This document shows, in pieces, positions 12,666 to 23,733 of a stretch of 41,929 bases of DNA. Below the pieces are notes generated by a model. The model did no database searches. It was not told the DNA's origin and worked only from the letters and a program-made list of their open reading frames with translations. Made by a program: the position numbers and the translations under genes. The stretch is from assembly GCA_040357565.1 (NCBI GenBank), contig JBDODJ010000098.1, one strand, 5' to 3'. The number at the start of each line of letters is the position of its first letter. Positions within the stretch are counted from its first letter, which is position 1. The DNA comes from Cercozoa sp. M6MM. Its lineage: Eukaryota; Protista; Endomyxa: Ascetosporea.

Positions 12666-12881
12666 GAAAATAATCTCACGATCGGATGTTGGCGAAATGG
12701 TGAATAATCTTGCGTTGATACCGTACGCGTACTGTAGGTAACTTTAACGGGACTTTAACGAAAGAACGTAAGCCGAGTAGCGCCGAATCGTCTATTTTAC
12801 ACGTCTCTCTCGACGCTACCGTGCGCATTGCACGCAAGACAAAGCAACGTAATGGGGGAGGATACGTCAATCGAATTTAAT

Positions 12882-14136
12882 TCAGAGCATGCTGGTGTAG
12901 TAGTCGTGCGTCTGCGTGTGCGTGGACTCACCTAAGAATAATACTGTAGTGCTAGACAGGTAGGGCAGTGTGACAGGAGGAGAGCGACTGTACCAGCGAG
13001 CGAGCTCTCAAAGGCGCGTCGCAGCGCAGAACCGCGGAAGCCTGCAAAGACAGGGGTGACCTTTCCTTGTGTAACACGCGGGTATAAGTAGGGGTTGGTA
13101 CCTGCACTGAGCAGCACGAAGAGTTTCGTGTAGGCAGCTTCGACCGTGAGATCCTTGCCTGAGACACAAGTGTCAATACAAGTGTCAAATATATCGTCAA
13201 ATACACCAGTACACTCTCGGTATGCTAGGGGAGGGGGTACCGTTGATGGCACCGATGTCGAACTGCAACTGCGAGGCGGCGTACAGACCTGTCCAACAAT
13301 ATTTGCATCGAGACAGACGATACAACACAGAGAGTTCAAGGCACCAGGTGCGACGAAACCGGCATGACACTGCGAGAGCACAACCACCACCACACCGGCT
13401 GCAAGGGTACGAGGCGGGGGGGGGGGGTAAACAGGTACAAGAAGAAACAGAGAAGCAAAAGACACCAGCAGCAGCGTCACGCAGAGCCTGAACCAACTCG
13501 GCGTCATTCTCGGGCATGTTACCTGATCGGGCAAAGGTACGGTACAGGGGTGGAGGTAGGGAGAGCATAGAGAGAAGTACCTGCACCAAAGACCTGCAGC
13601 ACAATCGCGTGCGGCTTGGCGTCCGTGTGGTCTCGTGCTGTGTAGTCCATGCATAGATACGTAGATACATAGATACTTAGATACATACATACATGCATGG
13701 ATACAGACACACATGCAAACACGCATGGATACATACACGCATGCAGAGTCTACCGTAGGCACTGATGAGCGAGGCAGAGTCGCTGCCGGGAGCCAGTCGG
13801 ATCAGCGTCACTTTGCACCTTGCGTGACTCTCGGTGAGCGTATCGGGTTCAGTCGCAGGTGCCTCGGCCTCTGAGGAAGTGAGAGGATTGGTAGATAGGT
13901 CGATAGGTCGATAGGTAGGGAGGTAGGGAGGTAGGGAGGTAGGGAGGTAGGGAGGTAGTAGGTAGGGAGGTAGGGAGGTAGGTGGGTAGGTAGGTAGGTG
14001 GGTCAGAAGGTAGGTGGGCAGGCAGGGTGTCCCTACCGATTGGCGTCGGAGGAGGCAGTGCGGAGCAGATGCAGCGCTTGAGACTGCACAGGCAGCCGAC
14101 TCGCTGCCCACACACACACGCGCGTATATGTGCATA

Positions 14137-14172
<36 letters not shown>

Positions 14173-15519
14173 AACACACAAGAGCGAAACGGCGTCGCGG
14201 CAGCGGCAGCAGCATTCGCTCGTTCACGTCCTACCGTACCAGGGGGGGGGGGTAACTGAGTCCAGTCCATTTGTGCCAGTACACAGGCCGTGTACCACGG
14301 TGATTCCCATCCGAGCCAGAGGCGGGTAGTTGGGCGAAGAAAATGCCGAAGCTGCCCAGGGCGACGACTTGGTGGCACGGTTACCTCGCAGTAGTGTCTC
14401 GTGGAAGAAGATACACACCTGGGCATCAAGATATTGGTTGTGTATGAGAATACAGGATGAGTAGACAGGCAAAAGGCACCTCAGGAATGTGCAGGTTGGC
14501 CGCCACCAGGAGCGACACGAGCAGGTTGCGACGCGCGTCGTTGTAGACCTCGTCCATCGGCACCTGCGCACCCGTGAGTACCACAGGCTTGGCCAGACTG
14601 TGCAGACACACACCGCGTGTACTATGCATGAAATGAAGCCATTTGGGTATCAAAGACAGTGTACTTGACCAGCAGGAAACTCAGCGCTGCTGCCGTGTAA
14701 GCCTGCCGAACAGTACAGACACAGTACATCCTTTCCGGTGCATACAGAGAGAGGCAGCACACGCATACCATGGTGTCAGTGCCGTGCAGCACGACAAAGC
14801 CGTCGAAATCATTGTAGTTGTCGTAAACTGTGCGTGCGATGCGCATCCAGTGCTGCCACAGCAACACAAAGCAAGGTCAGACAGAAACAGGATGGAGGAA
14901 ACAAAGGTACAAGTACGCTACCGGAGGCAAAAGATTCGACGAGTCAATCGGCGGGTTGAACTCAGTCATCGACACCTCTGGCATACTGCACACCGCCTCT
15001 TCCTGTCTCTCTCCCTTCAATCGAAAGCAACACACAAACTGATGCTACCTGTGATGTTGCATCTCGTCCAGTCGCGGCAGGTTGCGACGCAGGTAGTTCT
15101 TCTGCGGTCGCAGCGATCCTTTCGAGAGGACACAGGTAGCACGGAATCAACAAGGACACGGTGGAAAGTGCACATACACAGACACACAAAGACACCTGTC
15201 TGGGGATCCGGAGACATCGAGTAAGTGCCGCCCGTGCTGACCACGAGCACACGTCGCTACAGCAGCAGCACAACACAACTGAACAAGCCTCCTTCCTGGA
15301 GTACAGAAAATGACAAAGACAAAGGCTACGCGCGAGTGCGGCCGAAGAGCGCTGCGCCATTCACGGGACTCCTTGGCTACACGACGGGATTGCTACTTTC
15401 GAATGGTACTACAGTTCAATGCCCGCTCGGGGAGCGTCCAAGCAAGAGCAAAAGTTGCGAAATACGAAATCGAAGAGAGCTTCGCTCCCGAGTACCCAAA
15501 TTGGCCTCAGTGGATGCAT
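12882..15519 (-). CDS. Type I (AnsA/ASPG-like) L-asparaginase without ankyrin repeats
   Basis: Motifs VLVVSTGGTYSM, DSS, DNYNDFDGFVVLHGTDTMAYTA, KPVVLTGAQVP, DARRNL, LLRGNRATK, AFSSPNYPPLA, VLQVFGAGN, SQC and DLTVEAAYTKL. The start is inferred from a spliced Arg-rich leader. Confidence 0.9.
13650..14170. repeat. Intronic microsatellites in the asparaginase gene: degenerate (ATAC)n, (GGTA/GGGA)n at about 13890-14020, and (TA)n at about 14140-14170
   Basis: Directly visible, each confined to a predicted intron. Confidence 0.9.
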
Positions 15520-15679
15520 CCATAAGCGCGATGCTCTCGCAGACAGTTTTTAGCGCGTCTAAAGCGCTGGGTCTCGCAGTATTTTTGACTTTTTATTTTT
15601 GTTAAGGGTGCGTGTCGTGATGTGACCACTCTGCAATCGGCACTGACCATCATTCGGAATCCTACAGGAGCCTTGCTCT

Positions 15680-17643
15680 TTAACAACAATCTGGATCACT
15701 CTGTGCGCAAGCCATTTTGTCAATGGCTGTAAGTGGCGCACGGCAGACAGGACACCTACTGTGTTTTCGTTTCCACTTGACTGCAGCACACACAAAATCC
15801 TCTACTGACCTGGGTGAAGTGCCAACTGTCACCTAGGGACAGCGCAAAATGAAAGAGACAAACTCTACCGAAGCAGGCGGGATGGAATTCGTGCCGATTC
15901 TTGCACACATTGCCTGTGGTTTGTTCAGGGCTCGAAATGTCAATGTGGCGTAGACAGATTGTGCACTGCGGCCAGCCCGCTGCCTCCGGACGACACGCGA
16001 GACAAATGTCGTCGCGTAGCATTTCCCACTCGACCTCTGGCCGCAAGGTGGACAGTATGTTGAAGGACTACGGAGGCGGTAGTTTATTATACTTTCAAGT
16101 TGGAGAAGTTTTTCGCGCGCTTGCATTTCAAACTTGAGAAGTTGCGGCTGGTACAGAATGGCAACTATCGCTTGCACCAGTGCAATCATCCGGCGATCAG
16201 CAGCACTTTGATCCAGCTCCTCCAAGGCAGACTCGTTGGCACTGGTACTACTGCTTGGGTTACTTTGTTCACGCACGTAGTACTCTTCGACCAGTGAAAC
16301 TGTCAGCTTGCGGGCCAACACCGTCAAAAAAACCACTGCGTCATGAATCTACGTTTTCGCAGAGGGAAGGTGGTATTTCGGGCCAATTCAGGGGTGAATC
16401 TTCTTCGTGTGCAGATGTGAGTACCTTGAGCTCCCTCTCTCGGAAATCACTGCCGGTGAGATCCTGATCGCCAGTCGTATCATGAGTGTCATTGGCGTCA
16501 CTCTCATTCGAGATCACCGTGAGCGCAGCAATGTCTTTTTTGAGGTGCACGAACTCCGGGAGTGTATGCTGCAAGAAGTTGCTCATACAGTTACATTATT
16601 ACGAGCGAAGAACACCATTCGCTCGAGGTCGCGCATCACTCGGGCTAGAGACGAGTGTGGAGCTGTTAGTGCAGGCAAGTGAAGAGTTTCCCTCCGGGGG
16701 AGGACTTGGAATTTGGAAAAGCTCCAATACGGCAAAGGTCAGAAGGTTTCTGTTGGTTGACGTCTCGTTGGAGTGGATCAGCACCCAGGAGGACCAGCGT
16801 AGTTGCTTGTTGAGCGCGCAGCAACAAACCTGCCGAAACAGTAACGGTCAGTTGAAGTAAAAGTACAGTAGATACAATTCAGTTACTCACTGCCGACCGA
16901 GTGGTTCCGTAGGCAGTAGCGTGCAGTAAATTGTGCTGCTCATAAAACAAACTGACACACGTGACTGCACCATCACTATTTACAGTTTGTACCACATTTT
17001 AATACTGCGTCAAAAGCAATGAGTAAAGCATACTTGCATCTCATCAGACACCAGTGAACCGGCATCAAATGAGGCTTGCTCCTTGAAAAGAAACTCCAGC
17101 AGTGACTGCGGTCACAGTCAGTGAATTGTAAATTACATGCATGGAGCACAGTAGAGGGAGTAGTGATCACGCGGGGGAAATGCAGTACCTTGCATTCACC
17201 TCGCAGCGCCCGGTTCCGTGCGAACACGTGCCTTGGAACCTACGAGACACGGAATGAAACCACAAACTACATTTCTGCAGCTCCACCGAAAGCACAGAAC
17301 TTGCGCAACCTGTTGAAGCACGCGTACTCGTCGCGGCCGTGCTCGCACAAACATATTGTCCGCAAGTCTACTAGAGTCAGTCAGAATAATAGTGTATGTA
17401 TACAGTACTGGACTGCACAAAGCACACAATCCCAAGCCGCTGTATTCCGACAGATGTCGCGTTTCAAACTCGTGGTGGATTTGTATCATAGCCCGTCGCA
17501 TTCCCGCGCGCAAAACCTGCCGAGACGGAGGGTATTAGTACTGTGCAAGCATGTTGGGCAGTAAACTTAAATACTGAACTCGAAACAGTTGATATTTTTA
17601 CCGCAACGACGACAGTCAGCGCGAAAATCAGCTGGAGCCACAT
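15680..17643 (-). CDS. Protein with an N-terminal signal peptide/anchor and a C-terminal RING-H2 finger (putative E3 ubiquitin ligase)
   Basis: First exon MWLQLIFALTVVVA. The spliced C-terminus is CTICLRHIDISSPEQTTGNVCKNRHEFHPACFVKWKRKHSRCPVCRAPL...DCC* (C3H2C3 pattern). Internal exons are less certain. Confidence 0.75.
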
Positions 17644-18095
17644 CCGCACAATGCCTGCAAGAAACACTTGCAATCGTCCGCCGGCCTTGCACTGGTTCGC
17701 CCGGATTCTGCAAACACACTCGAAAAAGTCACACTGCGCACGCTACACGCCTTCGGATTTCCGAGTCAACGCAACTATTTTTGTCTTTCGCTTCGCTCAA
17801 CTTGAAGTGAGCGTGTCGTTACCAACTATTTAGTTCCCCCTGTACCACAGTCCTGGGTGTGATAAACGGGATACTACCGTACAGTACTGACTGAATGGCA
17901 AAACCTAAGCCTAACTACGCTATCGGACTGGCTAAACTACTAACTGATTTAGCGAGTAGTCCGGTCGCATGACAGTCGACAAAAAGTGGTACACAAAACG
18001 AGCCACAGCAAGCGCGACGTCGAGGCAGAAAAAACACGACAAGCCAGTCGAGTCAAGTCGAATGTCCTTGCCGTGCCGGCATTCGTGTGTCAGTT

Positions 18096-19337
18096 CTACT
18101 CGGACGGCGTGAAGTGAGAGCTCATGATACCGAGCATGCCCTGCATGTTGCCGTGCTTGTAGAAGTGGCGGTAGTTGGCGTTCTCCGGATCGAGCGCCAT
18201 CATGCCAATGAAGTTGGCATCCTTCCAGGTGCCGGCCACCTTGCGGTGCATCGTCCAGCCGGCGAACAGCGCGATCGGCAGGAAGTAGTACGTGGCACGG
18301 CGCGCGTGGTAGCCGAACAGCATACCGCGCATCTGTACAGGTAAAGAAGAGGGGGGAGGGGTACAACGAAGCTAAACAAGTAGCGAGAACAAGCATACCT
18401 GGTTGCGGATAGTGTCGATGAAGCCGATCTGCTCGAACTTGAAGTAGGTCTGTCGGTTGGCGGCAAAGTCCCAGATGAACAGACGCGCCATGAGGCTACC
18501 CGAGCGCGTCTCGCGCTTCGCCCACTCGGCGGCATGGAAGGCCGGCTTCCAGCCGTTCTTCTTCTGCATGTACACACGAGGGTATCAACAGCAAGCAAGA
18601 GCGACGGAGGCTGAGGGCAGCACGCACCTGGTTGGCCTTAAAGTCGAAGCGGCCCTCCGAGTTGAGCGGCACGTGCCAGTGCTGGTTCTTGGCCAGCGTC
18701 TTGTGCGTACCGTCGAAGAAGAAACGCGGCTGCAGCGTCATGTCACGGTGGTACTGGGCCTGTGCACAGCACGTGCGTGCAGATGCATACGTATATACAC
18801 ATGCACTATGTATAGGTGAGAGATTTGGTTATCCTACCTGCAGCGGCGTCAGAAACTTCGGTCGCTTCGTCGTGTTCACCGACGCCGGCCAGTAGTGGTA
18901 CGCCGGCAGCTCCGACGCATCCAGAGCCGGGGCGAGCGTGCTCTACACCAGAGAAGTCGGGATAACTCAGCCAGACACAAACAAAAATACACGTATATGA
19001 GGCAGTTAGGTACCGTGTGGTACTCGCGCAGCTCATCGATCTCGCGCCAGACGGCGTCCGACTCCTCCTGGGTCTGCCCCAAACAAACAACGCACATGAT
19101 GCAGCAATACAAAACTCGAACTACAAAACCACAAAACCCCAACAACAAAACAATCAGAGCAAAAAGACAAACAACAGGCCAGCAACACGCGCAGGCCCAT
19201 ACAGTGCCACCACACAACCGGATGCAGGTCAAGCGGTGCGCCGAAACACCCATAGGTGGCAAAAAGCCCGGAATTAGCGTCAAAAAACGTCGGCAGCATG
19301 CACGCAGTAAACTCGTGTTTACCAAGAACAGCTTCAT
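18096..19337 (-). CDS. Orphan protein of about 235 aa with strong codon bias and one hydrophobic segment
   Basis: Exons MKLFL|TQEESDAVWREIDELREYHT|STLAP...FLTPLQ|AQYHRD...FKANQ|KKNGWKP...IRNQ|MRGMLFGYHARRATYYFLPIALFAGWTM...TPSE*, joined by phase-0 GT-AG introns. Codons are almost all C/G-ending. Confidence 0.8.
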
Positions 19338-19597
19338 CCCTGCGGTGCGAAAACGCTCTAGAGCGACAGTTCGAACCTGGCAACCAGCAATAGGTCAAGT
19401 TGTTGGCTCATGGCCGTTCATTTGTCCCTGATCGGGCCGGCTCGCGTGTGAGTGAGCCACTAGTTTGGGAGCGTGCATGCACGCGGCAACAGGGCCTTAG
19501 TGCAGTAGGATCGAACGTACAAATTAGTGTGGCGCCAGGTGTCTGGAATCCAGGCAATCGTCAGTCCGGTGTCCACTCCAGAGAGGAAGATCCCAAG

Positions 19598-20050
19598 ATG
19601 CCAGGCTCGCCGCTGCGTTCGCCGCTGCGTTCGCCGAAGCGTTCGCCGAAGCGGTCGCCGAAGCGCCGTTCTCCGATGACAGCACGCGACGACGAGGAAC
19701 TGGAGGTACCTCACTCTGCAGGCAGCACCGAATGTTGTTGCCCCTATGGCGTGGTGTTGACTTCAGACGCCTCGGAAGCGTCAGCGTCGTCTGCAGCAAC
19801 TCCAGAGTCGCGTATGCAACAAAGAGTGTCTTGGTGGAGTGGAGTTGGTTGGTGGGTTTATTTGCTGTCTCTTTCTGCAGGAGGTAGGCGGTCTGTCGCG
19901 CCGTCTGGAGGAGGTGCCGAGCACTCCGTCGACGCGTGTGCAGCAGGTCAAGTCGGTAGTTTCCTCCACCCTCTCTACCTTTCTGCCTCTCTCCCTATCC
20001 ACCTCTACCTACCCACGTATCTACCTACCCACGTATCTACCTACCCACGT
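19598..20050 (+). CDS. 5' part of an SPxR-repeat protein, truncated by the assembly gap
   Basis: CAAGATG start, then MPGSPLRSPLRSPKRSPKRSPKRRSPMTARDDEELE|EVGGLSRRLEEVPSTPSTRVQQ|, followed by an intron that runs into Ns. Confidence 0.7.
19607..19666 (+). repeat. Five 12-bp coding tandem repeats TCGCCG(CT/AA)GCGN
   Basis: Directly visible; encodes SPLR x2 and SPKR x3. Confidence 0.95.
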
Positions 20051-20150
20051 NNNNNNNNNNNNNNNNNNNNNNNNNNNNNNNNNNNNNNNNNNNNNNNNNN
20101 NNNNNNNNNNNNNNNNNNNNNNNNNNNNNNNNNNNNNNNNNNNNNNNNNN
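20051..20150. other. Scaffold gap (100 N) between two low-complexity introns
   Basis: An N run. Convergent genes on both sides lack their 3' ends. Confidence 0.99.
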
Positions 20151-21185
20151 CCCCCTGTGTTACCTCCCTGTGTTACCCCCTCCCCCCAGAAGAGAGCACC
20201 GCCAGTGTCGCGTTTGAGCATTTGATCGCGCAGCGAGAGTTCCGCGTGGTTGTGCGCCTGTTGCACATGGGGGTGTAAATAGGGGGGGGTAAATAGGGGG
20301 GGGTAAAACAGGGGGTAAACAGGGGTAAATAGGTGGGCTGATAGGGTCGTAAATAGGGGCGTAAATAGCGGTAAAGACGGGGTAAATAACGCGGGTAAAG
20401 AGGTATAAATCAAAGGGTGAATGGGGGGAGGGTAAATAGCGGTAAAACGAGGGGTAAGCAGAGGTAAACGGGGGGTGGTAAAACTGGGGGGAGGGGGTAA
20501 CACAGGGAGGTAACACAGGGGGTAAAACGGGGGAGAGGACACCTGCATCCACTCCTTGAGTGCCTCGGCGACGGCGTACATGGAGGCCATGCCCTCGTTC
20601 TCCTCCATGGCCGTCTCGGCGGCCTATGTGTGATAACGCAGCTTTAATCATTCCGGTCTGCCTCTGTTTTGGACAAGGACTGGATTGTACCTGCATCAGC
20701 GCGGCCACCGAACTTTGGTTAAGGCCGCGGATCGAGTCGATCTTGAGTGACTCCGGACGACCCTCCGGGTACGCACTGCCGAACCTCACCTAGGAGGAAG
20801 GGGGGTAAGGGGGTAAGGGGGGTAAGGGGTAAGGGGGTAAAACTACCACGAGCTTGGCGCCCACGTGATTCTCCTCCGGGTCATCGTCCTCAAACGGAAA
20901 CACGTCGCACGTGAAGCCGCCCTGATCCATCAAGATCGATCACTCGACCACCTCACATGCACATTAATACTGTCGTGTCATACCTTGTCGCTGTCTGCCG
21001 TAAACTTCTCGTCAAAGATCGCCGCCAGCGACTCCAACTCGAGCTCCTGCTCTTCGGCTGTGTCACAACAGCAACATACTCACGCACACTGTACGCCTGA
21101 GTCAACATCCTCAAGACCGGGACTCCCGTGCATCCATTATCGTCATCCCTTTCACGGGATCAAGAGAAACATGCGCACCTGACAT
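20151..21185 (-). CDS. RWD-domain protein (RWDD1/Gir2-like), 3' end lost in the gap
   Basis: MSAEEQELELESLAAIF...VRFGSAYPEGRP...SIRGL...AMEENEGMASMYAVAEALKEWM matches the RWD hallmarks EEQ.xELEAL.xIY, YPxxxP and ENLGMxMIF. Confidence 0.85.
20270..20840. repeat. Intronic G-rich (GGGGTAA-type) degenerate tandem repeats in the RWD gene; near-perfect (GGGGGTAA)n at 20800-20840
   Basis: Directly visible. The same family occurs at 1-52, about 775-840, about 1085-1155, 36328-36437 and about 41780-41840. Confidence 0.85.
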
Positions 21186-21373
21186 AATCACAACGCGTAT
21201 ACTATGTGCTACACTTCCGGGCTGCGCCTGGCGAGCCTTTCCTCGCGCAAACAATTTACTTTATTTTAAATCTGGAGCGATGGGATTGTGCACCCGTTTT
21301 CGAGTTTTAGCACTAATCACACATATTGACCAGCGTACTGGTATGTTAATGCGGTAGTTAAGACTGTGAGTCG

Positions 21374-23439
21374 ATGGAATGCACGGTCTGCGAGTCGCGG
21401 TCGAAATCATTCTGGTGTTCCAAATGTGCACGTTCTCACTTGCGCGGACATCTGGTATTTGTTGCGTCCATTCCTGAGGAGTGTTTGGAGGGAACAGCGT
21501 CATATTTTGCTGTTCTGTGGCAGAGACAAGTCACGCAGGCCGAGGAAGAGCACGACCGTGCGCGTACACTGTCATAGCATGTGTGTCTCAATCAGCATTG
21601 TTGGCTCGGTTGGCTTGCAGGCACTTCGTTCGAGTACTGTTTGCGAAACGCGAATCAAATCGATCGAGGTGAGCGCTTTTGCTTCTGAGCGATTGATTCG
21701 AACCGTGCTAAAACTTGCACAGAGCGCTTCCTGGGTCCAGTGTCGACTGTTGAACAAATGAGGTACTCGATTTGTCCTAATCCTAATGGGGTATGTTCTG
21801 GTGACATCTACCGCGCGCACAGGCAAAGAATACGAACGCTGCGACAACGAGTGGATCAACACAAGCAAGAGATTGCCCAGGACAGGCTCAAGTTGAATCA
21901 GCGAAAGCAGCGTACGCAGGCTCGACTGGAGGGCCTGACACACCTGCGTGAGGTGGCACAAATCAAACGTAGTCTCGCTTTTGTCGCTTTCATTTATTGC
22001 TTTATCTAAAGTGTGACTGTGATCACGGTCAGTGTGCGAGAGCGAAGAGTTAAATGCCGAGCGAAAGCACAGCGAGCAAAGGAAGAAACAGATCGTGCGG
22101 GAGCTTGAGGTTGCACGAGGTGTCTGGACCAAGCGACTGCTGGCACTTGATGTGGTACCCCTCTGTCGTGTATTCTTGTATGTGTGTGTGTGTGTGTCTG
22201 TTTATGGCTTTGCTTTGCATGGGATACAGTTGCACCAGTCGTCACGTGCGCACAGTCACTGGCGCGTCATGGGCGCCTGGCTGCTGCCTACTTGGTTCCA
22301 AAGCGATGCCGATTGGTACCCTGTGTATTCACTGTATTATATATATCTACATGTACGCATATATATATATATAAATATATATATATATACGATTGCATGT
22401 AGGCACACGAGAGGGGCAGTATCTGCAGCTGCAGTTGGTGTGTTTTCTTTGCTTTGGGCTGTTGTAGCTTACACGCACGTGTGTAGGTGCGGCGATGCAG
22501 CATCTAGATCACCTGGTATTTGTTGCTTCCCCCTCGCCCCTTTACGTTATGTTGAATCGACATGTATTGCACAGGTCTGGATCACGTCGTATAGGTTGAC
22601 AACGTTGTACCCACGATATCAAGTGCGTCGTGAACAGCTTGGGTAGACACTACTTTGTATCCTTTTTTGGATTGTGTGCATGTTGCTAGGATGGTTGTGC
22701 AGGCTGTACACCTGGGATATTCCGCAATCAGAGCAGCGACAGGTAGTCCCTGTGTCCGTTAGTCTGTGTGTTTATTTCCCTTGCAACGGCAGGTGCTGCG
22801 ACAGGTGCAACGAGTGCGACTGAATCTGCGCGACTTGTATCCGTCCTGTTTTGCCAATACCAGGCTGTGTTACTGAGTGACTCTTGTGTCTTACAGGTAC
22901 GCCAGACTGACTCTGCGTTACCCTCGGGATCAGTGCACTGCCGAGGCTTTGCTTCGACTGTTTCAGTGAGTTTTACCACTTTCTTTTTCCTCTTTGGTTG
23001 TACACATTGTCAAATGAGCAGAATTGTTTCAAAAAGTCGCGTGTCGCCGACGATTCCCTTCGTCCCACGCACCTACTCGTACCCCAGTTGTTTCTGTCGT
23101 CCTGCCTTCCTCTCTTGTGTATTGTTGTACCACAGTCCGCGTAGGCCGACACGCAAGTCGTTTTTGCAGCAACGCGAGCTGCAGGGCTCGACGATCCTGC
23201 TGACACTGTCAAATCACGCGCATGCCGCCACCAGCACTGTGCCGCACCGCACGCGCACTCGCTTTCTGAGTATCGACGGTGACACGAGGATTGGTCGTGC
23301 CAACGCTTGCCACAGTGACGGTGCATGTGCTACTGATGACTTTGACACCGACACCGACAGCGACCTCAGTCAAGAGATTGACGATGCGCCCAAACACGAC
23401 ATTGATATCGAGGACAACTGGGAGATTGTTGATATGTAA
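21374..23439 (+). CDS. Atg14/UVRAG(Vps38)-like subunit of the class III PI3K complex
   Basis: N-terminal MECTVC-x8-CSKC zinc motif, a long coiled coil (RQRIRTLRQRVDQHKQEIAQDRLKL...), and an acidic tail ending EDNWEIVDM*. The match rests on domain architecture only. Confidence 0.65.
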
Positions 23440-23733
23440 CTGTGACGCATACGAAACGTCGCGTAACCACCGCACGAAACGTTACAGTGTGAATTGTCCC
23501 AGAGGGTATGCCCCGGATTAACGGGGCGTTTTGCAAAATACAACCGTTAGGCGTTGTGGGCTTCCCTAAGTTTCCATGGTGTCTGGTATGTTTAGGTTTT
23601 CACTTTTTTGACGATAGGGAATTTCCCATAAAAGACCACAGAAAAAGCGCCCCGCCAATCCGGACATACCCCAGTCCTAGATATCGTATCAATGTCAAAA
23701 ACCGCATTTCATGCACGGCAACGGACCCTTTAG

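Noticed and set aside
8775-19666. CRISPR-like arrays (36-bp repeat at 8775; 12-bp repeats at 19607)
   Set aside because: They are in-frame coding tandem duplications with no unique spacers and no cas genes, in a eukaryotic context.
20270-20840. Interstitial telomeric repeats
   Set aside because: The G strand reads TAA(A)GGGG rather than TT(T)AGGG. The tracts are degenerate, lie inside introns and are oriented by gene strand.
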